A stretch of 64,000 nt of DNA from Eledone cirrhosa (GCA_964016885.1 OZ024748.1:54808001-54872000); one strand, 5' to 3'. Counted from the stretch's first letter, positions 16,791 to 31,342 are shown. Notes: a model not told the origin generated them from the letters alone. Numbers and translations are program-made.

Positions 16791-16965
16791 TAATTGTTTC
16801 TACTTTTGGCACAAGACCAACAATTACCCAGTACATTACTGGTACTTTATTTTATCGACCCCGTAAGGATGAAAGGCAAAGTTAACCTCGACGGGATTTG
16901 AACTCAGACCGTAATGGGACGTAACTATGCTGGAAAGCATGGCGTCCGACCCTCTACCAATCAGC
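16791..16965 (-). mobile_element. SINE, major family
   Basis: Near full-length match to the other copies. Confidence 0.9.
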
Positions 16966-17033
16966 GGATTATATGCTCAACCAACTTCCAACAATAGAAT
17001 TTTATGTACATATATATATACATATATATATAT

Positions 17034-17130
17034 ATTGTTATACCTGGGGAGGGTTATAATATTGCCAGAAATAACAACAGAACACACTCACTGTTTGGTT
17101 TGGGTTGGTTTTCGCTTCTGTATCTTTTAT
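17034..17130 (-). mobile_element. Family D PLE 3' fragment
   Basis: Matches the 15451 and 21151 copies. Confidence 0.7.
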
Positions 17131-17789
17131 ATCATAGTTACTTTACTTAGTGGCATATATATTTATATATATATATATATATTAAGCTCTGTAACCTACA
17201 TAGAGCACTCTTTTTTTCCTGGACCTTTCCGACGGAATTACTTCATATATATATATATATATATATTCTTATATATATATATTTATATATATATATATAT
17301 AGTGTGTGTCTGTGTGTGAATGGCGGTCAGCTTTTCTTTTAAATGTGTTGTATTCTATCATTGTTTCTTTCATGTATTTCAACAGAAACAGACACATAAG
17401 AATTCCCAACGACAATGATACCCAATTAAACATTATAGTTAATGAACTAATTAAGATGATAAATGCTCAATTTTATATATCATTGGTTCGTATTGAAAGA
17501 GAAATTGCCAAGAACATGTATATGGAACAGTAAAATCACACAAACATACCAACACCTTTTTTACCCATAACAACACAAATATATATGGCATGGCATAGTC
17601 CCGTAACTCTTGAGGGAGTCAGGCGATAGGGCGCCATATTGACACACGGTGCTTCGTGGACATTTTTTAAAACCTGGCGGAACCCATCTCCTCTCCTGGT
17701 GTGACTGACTACAGCAGATTTCTTGCAGAGAAGGATAAAGAGTGAGAGAATGGAAGAGAGAAAGTGATATAAAGGAAGAATCGATCCTA

Positions 17790-17935
17790 GTATTTGACTG
17801 GTACATATTTTATCGTGCTGGAATGAAATACAGGCAAAGTTGACTACGGTGGGAAACTCAGAGAACAGAGAGTGCAAACGAATAGAGCAAAGCATTCTAT
17901 CTGACTTTCTAACGACTCGGCCATTTCGCCGCCTC
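17790..17935 (-). mobile_element. Older diverged SINE
   Basis: ctggtac-ttttatcg..gcaaagttgac body and head ctaacgactcggccatttcgccgcc. Confidence 0.7.
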
Positions 17936-18310
17936 TACAAATATATATAGCGACATGCAAAGTTACTAAACAATTAGATAAGCCTATAAAATAATAACAT
18001 AACGGAGAGAAACAGTATAAAGACATCGTTAATGTTAGTAGTGACATTCCTACTTCAATGAATATTTCGATTCTCCTTCACAAACGAAGTACTAGATAAA
18101 GAAGTCTTTTGAATAAACCGAACACTAATCAACAACGGATATTGATATTAATATAGCAAGTCAAAGAATAATACAACCACAAATACATCACAATAACTAC
18201 ATCAGACACTGTACATCTATTAAAAATGCACAAATCACACATAAACCGTATTACATATGTAACGTATGTCGCTCCCACTAGATTTCATTACTAGCTATAG
18301 TCTGTTCTTC

Positions 18311-18401
<91 letters not shown>

Positions 18402-18406
18402 GCACG

Positions 18407-18515
<109 letters not shown>

Positions 18516-18764
18516 CTGTTCTGTCCATTGACGTTACAAGATAATTCAGCTTATTCAGCCATCTATGCCAATTAATTATAATCTCATTGGTTAGATTTTG
18601 TTCTCTACCAAAATTGCACTAAACATTAATTGATTAAACACTAATTAAAACAACGGCTCAGCTTCCGCATCCTGGAGTCCTTAACTTGTGAGGTTCGAGC
18701 CAGTACTGCTTAGCATTCCGATCAAATAACAATTACGAGATGTTAAAACATTTCTCACAATAAT

Positions 18765-18975
18765 ACTGGTTTCTGAATTAGACACAAGGCCAACAATTCT
18801 GGGGGAGGGAAACGTAGTTGAAATCAACCCCAGTGCATTACTGGCACTTATTTTATCGACGCCGTAAGGATGAAAGGCAAAGCTAACCTAGGCAGGATTT
18901 GATCTTTGAGCGTAAAGGGCCACAAATATGCTTCAAAGTATATTATCCGACGCTCTACCGACACTGTCCATTCAT
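18765..18975 (-). mobile_element. Diverged SINE, longer-tail variant
   Basis: Body ttattttatcgac..gtaaggatgaaaggcaaag. Confidence 0.8.
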
Positions 18976-19407
18976 AGCCCAGTTCATAGAATAATACTAA
19001 AGGAGAATAGGCGGATATGGAGAGGAGAGAGAGGAAAATAGAAGACAGCTCCATGTGCAATTGTTACTGAATAGGATATCATATATACGTATGTGTGTGT
19101 ATATATATGTGTGTGTGAGTGTGTGTAGATATGTGTGTGTGGGTGGGTGTAGATGTGTGTTTATATGGAGTGTATGTGTGTGTGGCGTGTATGTGTTTGT
19201 GTGGAGTGTGTGTATGAATATGTGTGTGTGTGTGTGTGAATGTGTGTGTAGATATGTGTGTGTGTGGGTTGGTGTGTGCGTGTGTGTATGTGGATATGTG
19301 CATGTGTGGATGTCTATGTGCAGATATGTGTGTGGCTGGGACTGTGTGGATGTTAATGTGGACATTAACATGTGTGTATGTCTGTGTGTGGATGAGACTA
19401 TGTAGAT

Positions 19408-19480
<73 letters not shown>

Positions 19481-20494
19481 GCAAGCTACAATACAATGAT
19501 TCGTAAAAAACAACACACCAAAATCTCGACAAATTTTATCTTTTTTCTCAGTCTTTTGTTAATAGAAAGATTTCTAATAGATGAAAATACGGGCTTTGAT
19601 TAATTAGTAAAGAAAAAACTGAACAGTTTGTATCTTCGGTGACCCTGAACAAGTTTCTTTTGCTAAATAACTGTTGATCGTTACACTGATAGACAGACAA
19701 CTAAACACTAGCAACTACCCTACCCTCCACACTTTCTTGTTCCCTTTTGTTATTTGTAAACATTCAAAGGGACTTCTTCACACATGTAACTGATAGCAGT
19801 TGTCTACCTTGATGACACCATTTTGTCTATCGTCTTTCTGGATTGTTCCTTTGTTGTGGATGGCTTTTTGATTGTTTTGGATGGCTAGGTTGGCTGGGTA
19901 GGTGGATATTTGACTGGGTGGGTGGGTGGATAGTTAGCTGGGTGGATATTTGGCTGGGTGGGAGGTTCGTTGGATGGGTAGTTGGCTTTAGCTGGCTGGG
20001 TGGCTGGGTAGTTGGATGTTTGTGTTGGTAGGGTAGATATTGAACTTGTCTGGTAAAGGTTTGTTAATTTATTTATTGGGATATTTTGTTAGTTATTGTA
20101 TTTTTTCATTTGTTGACTTATTTAACCCTAGGCTAGCCCTTAAAATACGCACCTATATGAATAAAGCGTTCCAGTAGCCGTAGCCACCCTGTATTTCTGT
20201 ATGTCAAGAATGAGGTGCCCCAGCGCAAGACTTTCATGATTCAACGACAGCAGAATATGATTTGATGGAGATTTTGCTGCTATTTCTAGTAAGTTGAACG
20301 ACTCGCTAGAGGTTTTCCTGTTGCCTCGTAGTGGTGATGGTGATGGTGGTTGTGATAATAAAGAGACCGCTATCAAACATCTTAGTATGAATGCTAAAAT
20401 GTGTAAATATATCCATGTTTACATACATGTCCATTATATACATCAGAACATTTATCCGGCACGTATTTATTTGACACTATATGTCTTTATGTGA

Positions 20495-20765
20495 AGGTGC
20501 ATGGCTTAATGGTTAGAACGTCAGGTTTACAATCACGAGGTTGTGTGTTCGATTCACGAACCGGGATTTGTGTTGTGTCCTTGAGCAAGACACTTTATTT
20601 CACGTTACTCACGTTACTCCAGTTCACTCAGCTGTAAAAATGATTTGCGACGTCCCTAGTGCGACGCTGTATAGGCCTTTGCTTTTCTCTTGGACAAGAT
20701 CGATGGTGTGGAGAGGGGAGACTGGTATGCATGGGCGACTGCTGGTCTTCCACAAACAACCTTTG
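20495..20765 (+). mobile_element. tRNA-derived CORE-type SINE
   Basis: A-box TGGCTTAATGG, B-box GTTCGATTC, CORE-like GTGTCCTTGAGCAAGACACTTTA...CAGCTGTAAAAATG. Confidence 0.8.
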
Positions 20766-21118
20766 AAAAAGAATTAAGGTTCTATACAAAACAGAGGTTA
20801 TAGAGAAAAAAAGGAATTGGAAACAGCAGGAAAAGTATATTTAAAGGATCTGTTTTTCTTTTTTTCTCCTATGATTCGTCAAAGTGACATTGTTGAAAAA
20901 ATGAGAGGAACAACTTTAAAAAAAAAAAAAGCCGTTTTATAATGTATATAAAATATAACCGGTTTCGATATATTATCAGGGTAATCCATCTTGTCAAATG
21001 TTGCATATTACAGTTAAAAAAGAATTAAAGAGAATTAAAAATTAAAGATTTAAAATTAAGTGTTGAAGTAGGTCTGTTCATCTTTCTTGTTGAGAAGAAG
21101 ACTGGGTCTAAAATGAAA

Positions 21119-21150
<32 letters not shown>

Positions 21151-21341
21151 GGGGAGGGTCATATTTGTGTAATAATATTGCCAGAATTAATAACAGAACA
21201 CACTCACTGTTTGGTTGGTTTTCGCTTCTGTCTCTTTTATATCGGTTAATTTAATTTATTCGGTCCTTAATGTTACTATTGACTGACCAACGGTCAAAAA
21301 TACAGATACAATATAGACACAAACACATATATATAGTCTAA

Positions 21342-21379
21342 CAAAGTTCTTTCGTTGCACATCTGCAACATCGTCAGTG
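21342..21379 (-). ncRNA. Hammerhead ribozyme motif in PLE 3' UTR
   Basis: ca CTGACGA t GTTGCA gatg TGCAAC GAAA gaac TT tg. Stem II has 6 bp and stem I is weak. Confidence 0.65.
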
Positions 21380-21603
21380 GTGCTTTTATGTTCCTCCTGT
21401 TGTATTGTATGCCTACGCCATCTTTATTTAGTCTGTTTATTTATTTATTTATTTATTTATTTATTTTTTGTCTTCTCTGCGCATGTGTTTGATGTGTGTT
21501 CGTGTTTGGGGGACTGTGTATTGGTTATTGTATTCTATCTTAGTTTACTAGTGTGTGTTTATATGTGTTTGTTGTTATTGTGCTTGTGTATTTATTTATT
21601 TAT

Positions 21604-21812
21604 TTATACTTCTCTTAGGTCAGTATTGTTTGTTGGGGTGTTGTTATTCCATTCATTTTTTCTGTTTAGCCTTGGCCTTCTAAGTTCTATTTCGCTGGCC
21701 TCTCTGATTTGCTTATCTTCTGGGTCATTTCTATGTTTAGATATTATTCTAATTTCTATGTTGTCTATGTTACCGCCGTGTTGTTGTCTGGCATGTTCGT
21801 ATAGTACAGTCA
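21604..21812 (-). pseudogene. C-terminus of a Penelope-like GIY-YIG endonuclease
   Basis: LYEHARQQHGG...IRIISKHRNDPEDKQIREASEIELRRPRLNRKNEW fits the PLE endonuclease tail pattern H...H...DP..RQI.EA..I....P.LN.K.EW. Confidence 0.8.
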
Positions 21813-22015
21813 ATAGTAACATTGAGGACCGAATAAATTAAATTAACCGATATAAAAGACACAGAAGCGAAAACCAACCAAACAGTGAGTGTGTTCTGTT
21901 ATTAATTCTGGCAATATTATTACACAAATATGACCCTCCCAAAGTATAACAATATTTGTTTCGACACACGATTTCATACCAAAAACCTCGCAAAACTAAC
22001 TCATCGCCATTGTCC

Positions 22016-22322
<307 letters not shown>

Positions 22323-22376
22323 GTTAGAATTGGCATGCATGATTGGACACTACCGTAAACTCTTGGTAGATTTATC

Positions 22377-22459
<83 letters not shown>

Positions 22460-22647
22460 GTAGTCATATGCCAGTAGCCGAAGCGAATTATGCCTTAGAA
22501 TGTAAGGCTTAGATGAAAGACTGTGTAAGGAGTACATTTTGTTTTTAAATGTATTGCCTTCTCTTCCATTTAGTCTTGCCTATATATATATAATTGTTTC
22601 TACTTTAGGCACAAGGCCACCAATAACCCAGTGCATTACTGGTACTT

Positions 22648-22698
<51 letters not shown>

Positions 22699-23036
22699 GA
22701 GTAGAGTAGAGTATTACCAGGCATCGGGCTTTGTCGAAACAGTTGAGCTCACTGCTTCTCTTTCTTTCCTTTTCTGACACACACCATCCGATTCAGTAAC
22801 TATTGAACTCGGAGCGGCTTCTTATTTTCTCCTCCTTCTCTCTCTTCTCCCCCTCTCTCGATCTCCGCCTTATTCTTCGGTATTCTGGGTGAACTTTTGT
22901 TTTCCCTAACATTATACCACTCAATCTTTCTGGTATTTCCTCTACAGCTATTCACATTAGCATAAACTTCATACATTGCTACACATGGGATATACATTAT
23001 GTATATTACATACATAAATATAATGCACACACACAC

Positions 23037-23112
<76 letters not shown>

Positions 23113-23948
23113 CCACACACTTGTGGCTATGTGTTATATATAATCTTTAAATATATACCCATATACTGAAACAACATACATGATTATATACATACATACA
23201 TACATACATACAGAGAGAGAGAGGGAGAAATCATTGATGCGTAGCTATATTATGTTGAGATGTACACACATGCTTATTCATACATATATACATACGTGTT
23301 TCATGTGTATGCATATATCTATATACAACTTTATATACACATATACCTAGCTACATATCCTTGTTGCTGTTGTATAGCTCCAGGTCAAAGCTGATCATGT
23401 ACACCAACGCCATAATGTTTCCCAGTCATAACAACTTCCTCTATTTCTTAGCATTAGTATATATATAAAACTACATTACATATAAATAATCTTATTGCTT
23501 TTGTTTTTAACACAGTGGTGTGTGATACGAGGAGATTAGATAGAGATACAAAACTAATAGTTTTAAAGAATTCGAAGTTTGAAAGCCACCTCAATGCGAA
23601 ATGAAACAAACAAATATAAATAAATTAAGATAAAAAATACTCCTCGTTTCTTACAACTTACTTATTTGTTTACCCGCCATTTTCTTATTGTCGTGGCTTT
23701 CAAACTTCGAATTCTTTATACCATATACAATGCTTCAAGTAAACTAGAAATTCCTCCTAATAGCTTTAATATATATTTTCTTCTCTCAGCCTTCGGAAGT
23801 TCAAATTCCGCCATGACCGATGGAAAACTTATATTTTGCTCATCTTAATCGACTTTAATCAGTCTCAAAATAATACATCACCTTGCAACGGGCTAGGGAA
23901 ATAAGTTTACTCAGATTTGTATATAATTAATTACAAATTGATTATAAT

Positions 23949-24161
23949 CGAGGGTCGGCTGAAAAGTTCATAGGCGGACCAAGATACTCTCATGGAATGA
24001 CCAAATGAGGTTTACTTTTCAACATAATCCTCGGAAAGAAACAATGTAATTATTAATAAGAGTTGAAATTAATGCATGCAACATCTTAGATCTTGTATCA
24101 CTCCTTCATAGTTAGCTTATGAACCCTTCACAGGGTCGTATGAACCTTTCACACGACCCTC
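23949..24161. mobile_element. Mariner-type MITE; a related end fragment lies at 45981-46050
   Basis: Imperfect TIRs gagggtcggctgaaaagttcata / tatgaacctttcacacgaccctc, followed by TA. Confidence 0.75.
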
Positions 24162-25677
24162 TATACTAATAGAAATACCGCCCTTCGAGTAGTTTTCTGT
24201 TAGGGGTAAATGTGTGTGTGTGTGTGTGTGTGTTTCGTAATGCATCTATCAACGTATGCAAATGGATGAAAAGGGAAAACTAGATTTTTGTCATGTAAAC
24301 GAAGCGAACTCGCACGGTTTTTGGTGTCGAAGTTTATTCTCTACACAATAGTGACCCTCACCTTAAATAGAGATTCTGTTAGAACCAGGGATAAGTTGAG
24401 ACATAATTGAAACAACCCAGCTGAGCACCTTCGCTGAGATTCGAACCCGTAAAGATTGTCGAATGAAATACTTTATATTTTGTCAACTCTTGGATACTAG
24501 ATAGCTCCTTTCCTATGAGCACACAGTGGAGTGAATCACTTATAATTAAAAGCCAAAACCTCATTCGTAACGGGCGCAGGATACGATCTTGTAACGATTT
24601 GGCAGTTCGTCTCATACACACCCACATTAAGATCATATCTTCACATACATATTTAAACATGTACATACATATCAGTCAAAAGGCATGTTTACTCAGTCAA
24701 TGTCTGCCTATCTTTCTCTCTCTCACACACACTAACATATATAGACACATACGCATACACACATTAACAGACATTGTAATACACTCACATACAATGTACA
24801 CACATCTTTACATACATAATGAACAAACTAGCACTCACTTTCTCAAACACATACATGCTACATGCATTCCTACATGTCCAGTTTCGTTCTCACACATTAA
24901 CACACTCACTCACTGACACACACACACACACACACTCACACACAGCCCCCCCCCACATATATATATTTAGCCAATTGCATGTTGTCATTTCACTCTCTCA
25001 CACATACACAATAACACACACGTCCCCCTCACACACATATATATATATAAAACATACACATAAAACCCTCCATACATATCAAGTCAGCATTATGTTCACT
25101 CTCACTCTCATACACACATCAACACACACACACACACAACACATTAACACACACACTAACACATAGCACCCCCACCCAATATATATATATATATAATAAA
25201 ACATACACATAAAATCCTCCATACATATCAAGCCAAACATTATGTTCACTCTCACACACACAACAACACACACACAGACACTTCAACACACACACACATT
25301 AACACACAGACACATTAACACACAGACACACACACACAGACACACACACACACACACACAGATACAGACCTCCATTCCAACGGCAGGTTCAGTGACTGAA
25401 ACAGACCAAACAAAGCCGGTCGAGGAAGCACAATGAAGTATATCTGGCGTAGCGGGTCCTTAAACGACAGCTTTTAAGTAGCGTGAAACTATGGCTAGTT
25501 AATTCCCTTAAGCTTTTACTACACTCTGTCGAAACGGACTTTGTGTTGTTATTGTTGTTGTTAATGTTGTTGTAAGGTGAGGAGTATGGTGGTGGTGGTG
25601 GTGGTGGTGGTGGTGTAGGTTAATCTATAGAGTGTGGCACTGCTAAATGAGAAGATCGATAATCATAGATACATCGA

Positions 25678-26145
25678 GAGAGAGAGAGGAGAGAGAAAGG
25701 AGAGAGAGAGAGGAGAGAGAAAGGGGAGAGAGAGAGGAGAGAGAGAAGAGAGAGAAAGGGGAGAGAGAGAGGAGAGAGAAGGGGGAGAGAGAGAGGAGAG
25801 GGAAAGGGGAGAGAGGGGGGGGGGGTGAAGAGAGGAGACATAGAGGGGGGTGAAGAGAGGGGAGGGAGAGGAGAGGAGAGAGAGAGAGGGGATAGAGAGG
25901 AGAGAGAGAGGGGATAGAGAGGAGAGAGAGGGGAGAGAGGGGAGAGGAGAGAAGAGAGGGGGAGAGGAGAGAGAGAGAAAGAACGAGAGAGAGAGGGGGA
26001 GAGGAGAGAGAGAGAAAGAACGAGAGAGAGAGAGAGAGACAGAGACAGAGAGAGTGTGTGTGTGTGTGTGTGTGCGTGCATGTGCGTGCGTGCGCGTGCG
26101 CGCGCGCGTGTGCGTGTGCGTGTGTGTGTGTGTGTGCGCGTGTGT
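25678..26145. repeat. GA-rich polypurine tract followed by (GT/GC)n
   Basis: Direct inspection. Confidence 0.9.
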
Positions 26146-26220
26146 AAAGGAGAAATATAATGATGATGCAAGAGATCATAAACGGACCGAAAGTATAAGA
26201 AACAACGGTATATATATATA

Positions 26221-26410
26221 TAGGAAAATACGAGGACCCGACGACTGGGCTCCGGCCGTTTCGAGAGCTAGATCCGAACTAGCTGTCGAAACGGCCGGAG
26301 TTCAGCCGTCGGGGTCCTGACTCTTTTCCTATTACCCACTCTACTACTAGCGTAGAATCGAATCGCGTACTCTGGTGCGTTATGGTCCACCTGGTATCTT
26401 CTTTGTTATA
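26221..26410 (+). mobile_element. Family A fold-back element, copy A2
   Basis: Palindrome at 26221-26331 plus tail, with (TA)n flanks. Confidence 0.85.
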
Positions 26411-26424
26411 TATATATATATCTA

Positions 26425-26480
<56 letters not shown>

Positions 26481-26844
26481 CATACATACATACATGTGGT
26501 GTCCTGCCTTTACCAGTTTTGCTCAATGATTGAGAGAATTAAATAACAATTAATTAATCAGAGATATACAACAATTATAAATGTGAAGAGAAAATAGACC
26601 AAATATTCCGAATTATTTCCTCAAAATCCCGACTGTACAGTTTCACCAATTAAATTGCACAAGGGCTGTGAGGCTATTGGCTTTACAAGAGACCCACCCT
26701 GCAAAGAAAGGATTTATTCTTGAACTGACCGCTATGTGAAACATTCTCGTGAGGGTGAATTATCACGTGGTATAACACTCACAGAAGGGCGGTAAAGGCT
26801 GGATGTTTGGCGTGTTGGGAGTTGGGAGTTGGGACAAAATAATA

Positions 26845-27185
26845 ATTTCTACTTTTGGCACAAGGCCAGCAATTACCCCTGTGCATTACTGGTACTTTAT
26901 TTTATCGACCCCGTAAAGATGAAAGGCAAAGTTAACCTCGGCAGGATTTGAACTCAGAACGAAAAGGGAAAAAAATAATGGTTTCTTATATAGACACAAG
27001 GCCATCAATTTTAGGGGAGGACAAAGTCAAATCGACCCCAGTGCGTGACTGGTACTTTATTTTATCGACCCCATAAGGATGAAAAGCACAGCCAACCTCG
27101 GCGGTATTTTAAGTCAGATCATAAAGGGGCGTAACTCTGCTGCAAAGCATGGCGTCCGACCCTCTACCGATATTGCCAATCCACA
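26845..27185 (-). mobile_element. Two tandem SINE copies (one 5'-truncated)
   Basis: Two ctggtactttattttatcgacccc bodies. Confidence 0.85.
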
Positions 27186-28127
27186 ATAAGATACACATAT
27201 ACAAAGATACTTAAGACTATGTGTGGTGTCCCGCCTTCACCAATTTTGTTCAATGATTGACAGAATTAAACAAATAAGTCGAATGAAATAGGCGGGTCCT
27301 GGCTGCTGCTTCTAGCAAATATATTACTCGCCAAATGTCCAGCATTCACCTCCCTTATGTGACCGCTATACAAACAATTTCTATGACGATTATTTTCGTT
27401 TTATTAGGTTAGACAATTTTGCTTCACACAGCAATACGACACTTAATATAAAGAATGGTGTGCTCATGCGCGGAAATTTTATAAAGTAGCTTATAAAATA
27501 GGGTGAAGACTCTTTGAAACGAAAAATTAAAAAGTTGCTATCGATCACTATGAGGAATTGACCCTCATATCTCCCAGATACCTACCAGGCGCTTTGAACC
27601 ATTAACCATGGTTAATGTCTATAATTAATCCTTATTTTATTCTAGTGATTATCCAGGCACTTTTGTTTTTCTATACATATTCATTATGGATGAAAAATGA
27701 CCAATGGAAAGAAAAAATAACACAGCAGAAATGTGTCAAACACAGATGCTCTCGACATAAACAGACACAAGGGAAAAACATAAAAATGGAAAAGACAAAG
27801 GGATCGTAATTCAAGAATCGCAACGAGTACGAAAGCAATTGGTGCGTGGTAATGAAGACACTCATGTATTGAATAATCAAAGAGAGAGCAAATCGAGGCG
27901 ACACAAATCGCCGCACGTTAATGAAAACTACTTAATACAATTACATACAGTGACGAATCTTGAAGAAATGTACACAAAACAAAGAAATATGTGTTTGCTA
28001 TTACAGTGATGATGGCCTCATGCCTGAGGAAGAAACCCTGTAAGATGGAATGGCTGATGCAACGAATATCGCTGGATGATTGCCGCAACTCTTTCACCGT
28101 CTTATTCACGGGCCGCAGCTGAGATAT

Positions 28128-28312
28128 AATTGCTTCTACTTTTGGCACAAGGCCAAAAATTACCACAGTACATTACTGGTACTTTATTTTATCGACTCCG
28201 TAAGAATGAAAGGCAAAGTTAACCTCGATGGGATTTGAACTCAGACCGTAAAGGGACGTAACTATGCTGGAAAGCATGGCGTCCGACCCTCTACCGATAC
28301 TGCCAATTCACT
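28128..28312 (-). mobile_element. SINE with 13-bp TSD
   Basis: GCTGAGATATAAT at 28118-28130 and 28313-28325. Confidence 0.92.
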
Positions 28313-28815
28313 GCTGAGATATAATGTCTAACTGAAGTATATAGTTTTCACCCTTCTATTTTTTCTTTACCCCCCCCCCCCCCATATATTTAATAGTGTG
28401 ACTGAAGTTTATGACCCGTTCTTTACTTTGAAAAGCGCGATGAAACTGAAATTACGATGAAAATGCAACTATTCAATGGCGATGACTTTGACTTGGTTGG
28501 TTTTCTGCATTGCAATGGCGAGGAAAGGATCAATTAGATACAGAAAGTAATGTTCAGCATCCGAATGGTGTTGAGATTATATCAAGTAAACGTGGAATGA
28601 TAAATTAAATTGCTGGCAGTTCATCGAATCCATCTACATCACAGGTAATACGTTACACAATGTTGAAAAGCTTTATTAAAGCTGAAGTGACGGATAGAAT
28701 TACTGCAAGGAAGCTGCTATTTAGATCTCGTTCTGACGGTTGAAAAATAATTTTGCCACCATAATGGAAAGGTGGTATAGTATATGTGTACTCGTTATCA
28801 ATATATGAAGCTATT

Positions 28816-28906
<91 letters not shown>

Positions 28907-29569
28907 AGCTGCATATGTATGTTTACATAAGCATATATATATATATATATATACTCTCACAAATATATATACTTCGATAAAAAAAAGTATAAAAACAGAC
29001 ATGCATCTATATACGTCCTTACTCACACACCACACACATATATATATATACATACATACTTATACATTTATATACATACACACACGAAATTAGATATGCA
29101 TACATACGTGTACACATCTAACACGTACATACACAATAAGCAAAGGTGTTTTATCTGAGCGGCTAATTTACTTCACGTTCGCTACAGTTTCAGCTCTACT
29201 TTCACTAATCCTCATGCTCAAACTCCTACTTCTATGCTTAGCTCAGAGCTTTTCTTGGGCGGTAAATACACACTTAAAGATGACGTTATGGTGTGAAAAC
29301 AGAATGCTGCATTTTCCATATCATTGTATCTATTAGTAGAGCAAGAGGTGTTGACGAACTTAAGTTTGAAAGGAACTAAATAATTCAAACATGCTCACTA
29401 CGGAATACTACAAAGTTATTTAGCCGTTGGAGATAGTGAGTTGGAATGAGAAATTCCAAGCCATACCATTTCTGCACCATATCAGGCCCCGTCGACACCT
29501 ACAACCCTATAATATATATATACATACATACATACACACATACACATACACATATATATTTATTAATAC

Positions 29570-29642
<73 letters not shown>

Positions 29643-29917
29643 CTTATATATGCATGTACACATATATATATACACACACATACTTATATATGCATGTACA
29701 CATATATATACACACACACATCTAAGTATACATACACACATACATTTAAGTATACATACACACACACATTTAAGTATACATACACACACACATTTAAGTA
29801 TACATACACACATACACACATTTAAGTATACACACACACACACACACACATTTAAGTATATACACACACACACACACATTTAAGTATGCACACACACACA
29901 CACATATATATATATAT

Positions 29918-30103
29918 AAATATTCAAGACCCCGACGGCTGAGCTCCGGCCGTTTCGAGAGCTAGACCTAATCTACCTGTCGAAACAGCCGGAGCTCAGC
30001 CGTCGGGGTCTTGAATCTTTTCATGTTACCTACTCTACTAACCCAAGTATCGAGTACTCTGGTGGGTTATGGTTCACCCAGTATTTTAGCACACCCTATC
30101 TAA
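29918..30103 (+). mobile_element. Family A fold-back element, copy A3
   Basis: Palindrome at about 29922-30017 plus tail. Confidence 0.85.
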
Positions 30104-30235
30104 TATATATATACACAGACACACATGCATGTGTGTACTTACTGCCACATAATATACAAATATCTATATACAGCGCAGACACATGTACAGTACTTTACAC
30201 TCGTATGTATTTCGTACTTTCACATTATATATATA

Positions 30236-30445
30236 TAGGAACGAGTAGAACCCCGACGGCTGAGCTCAAGCCGTTTCGACGGCTAATTCTGGACAGGTGT
30301 AATATATGAGTCCAGAATTAGCCGTCGAAACGGCTTGAGCTCAGCCGTCGGGGTCCTACTCGTTCCTATTACCCACTCTACTACCCTAAGTATTGAGTAC
30401 TTTGATGCGTTATGGTCCATCTGGTTCCTTACCACATTTCCTTCG

Positions 30446-30450
<5 letters not shown>
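30236..30450 (+). mobile_element. Family A fold-back element, copy A4
   Basis: Arms nearly identical to A1, but the centre is different (caggtgtaatatatga). Confidence 0.88.
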
Positions 30451-30488
<38 letters not shown>

Positions 30489-30491
30489 TAG

Positions 30492-31049
30492 TAATAATAA
30501 TAAATTTGAAGACTAAAATCCAAATAAGGCTCGATAAGGATAAATATATATCAAATATATAAGAACCGCAAAGCAAATATTTATTAAAATAACAGATTAA
30601 AGTTTAAGCAAAGAATCGCTGCTTTCACCCTTAACGGGATCTTCTGAAACTAACAAAGTCAATCTGTGAACGCAAAAGTGGATATTCCAAAAAACGTTCA
30701 ACCGAAGGAAGACAAGAAGACGATACTTTGGTTCGTGGTAACGTTCCCTGGCAAAGAACGGGAAAAAACGAATATAATACGTCATTATTTGGAGCGGTGA
30801 AATATTCAAGACCCCGACGGCTGAGCTCCGGCCGTTTCGAGAGCTAGAGCTAATCTCGCTGTCGAAACAGCCGGAGCTCAGCCGTCGTTTCCACGAACCA
30901 AAGTATTGTCTTCCTGTCTTCCTCCGGTTGCAACGTTTTTTGAAATATTCACTTCTGCGTTCACAGATTGACTTTGTTAGTTTCAGAAGATCCCGTTAAG
31001 GGTGAAAGCAGCGATTCTTTGCTTAAACTTTAAACTGTTATTTTTAATA
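30492..31049 (-). mobile_element. Family C PLE-like end with about 160-bp inverted arms and a nested family A fragment (A5, 30799-30887)
   Basis: Arms at about 30585-30744 and 30886-31048. The tail at 30492-30585 is shared with 9838-9940 and 39880-39978. Confidence 0.85.
30979..31029 (+). ncRNA. Hammerhead-like motif with U4A core change (mirror copy at 30601-30651, minus strand)
   Basis: agttt CAGAAGA t CCC gttaa GGG t GAAA GCA gcgattctt TGC TT aaact. Confidence 0.65.
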
Positions 31050-31194
31050 TGTGGTGTGTATGTATGTAAGTGTGTAAACCGAATAACAGACAGACATGTA
31101 GATTTATATCTACATTTGTGAATACATGGAACTGAAGGTATAGACGTAAAAATAACGAAAAGGGTGTATTAAATTATCTATCAATCTATCCATC

Positions 31195-31211
31195 TGTGTG
31201 TGTGTATATAT

Positions 31212-31260
<49 letters not shown>

Positions 31261-31289
31261 ATATGTATATATATATATATATGTGTGTG

Positions 31290-31342
<53 letters not shown>

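Larger units (their letters stand above)
21151..21996 (+). mobile_element. Penelope-like element 3' end with inverted 5' segment (family D)
   Basis: The minus segment 21812 to 21151 runs GIY-YIG C-terminus, UTR, HHR, then D sequence. The plus segment 21813-21996 repeats about 135 bp of D and adds a tail. Confidence 0.85.
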
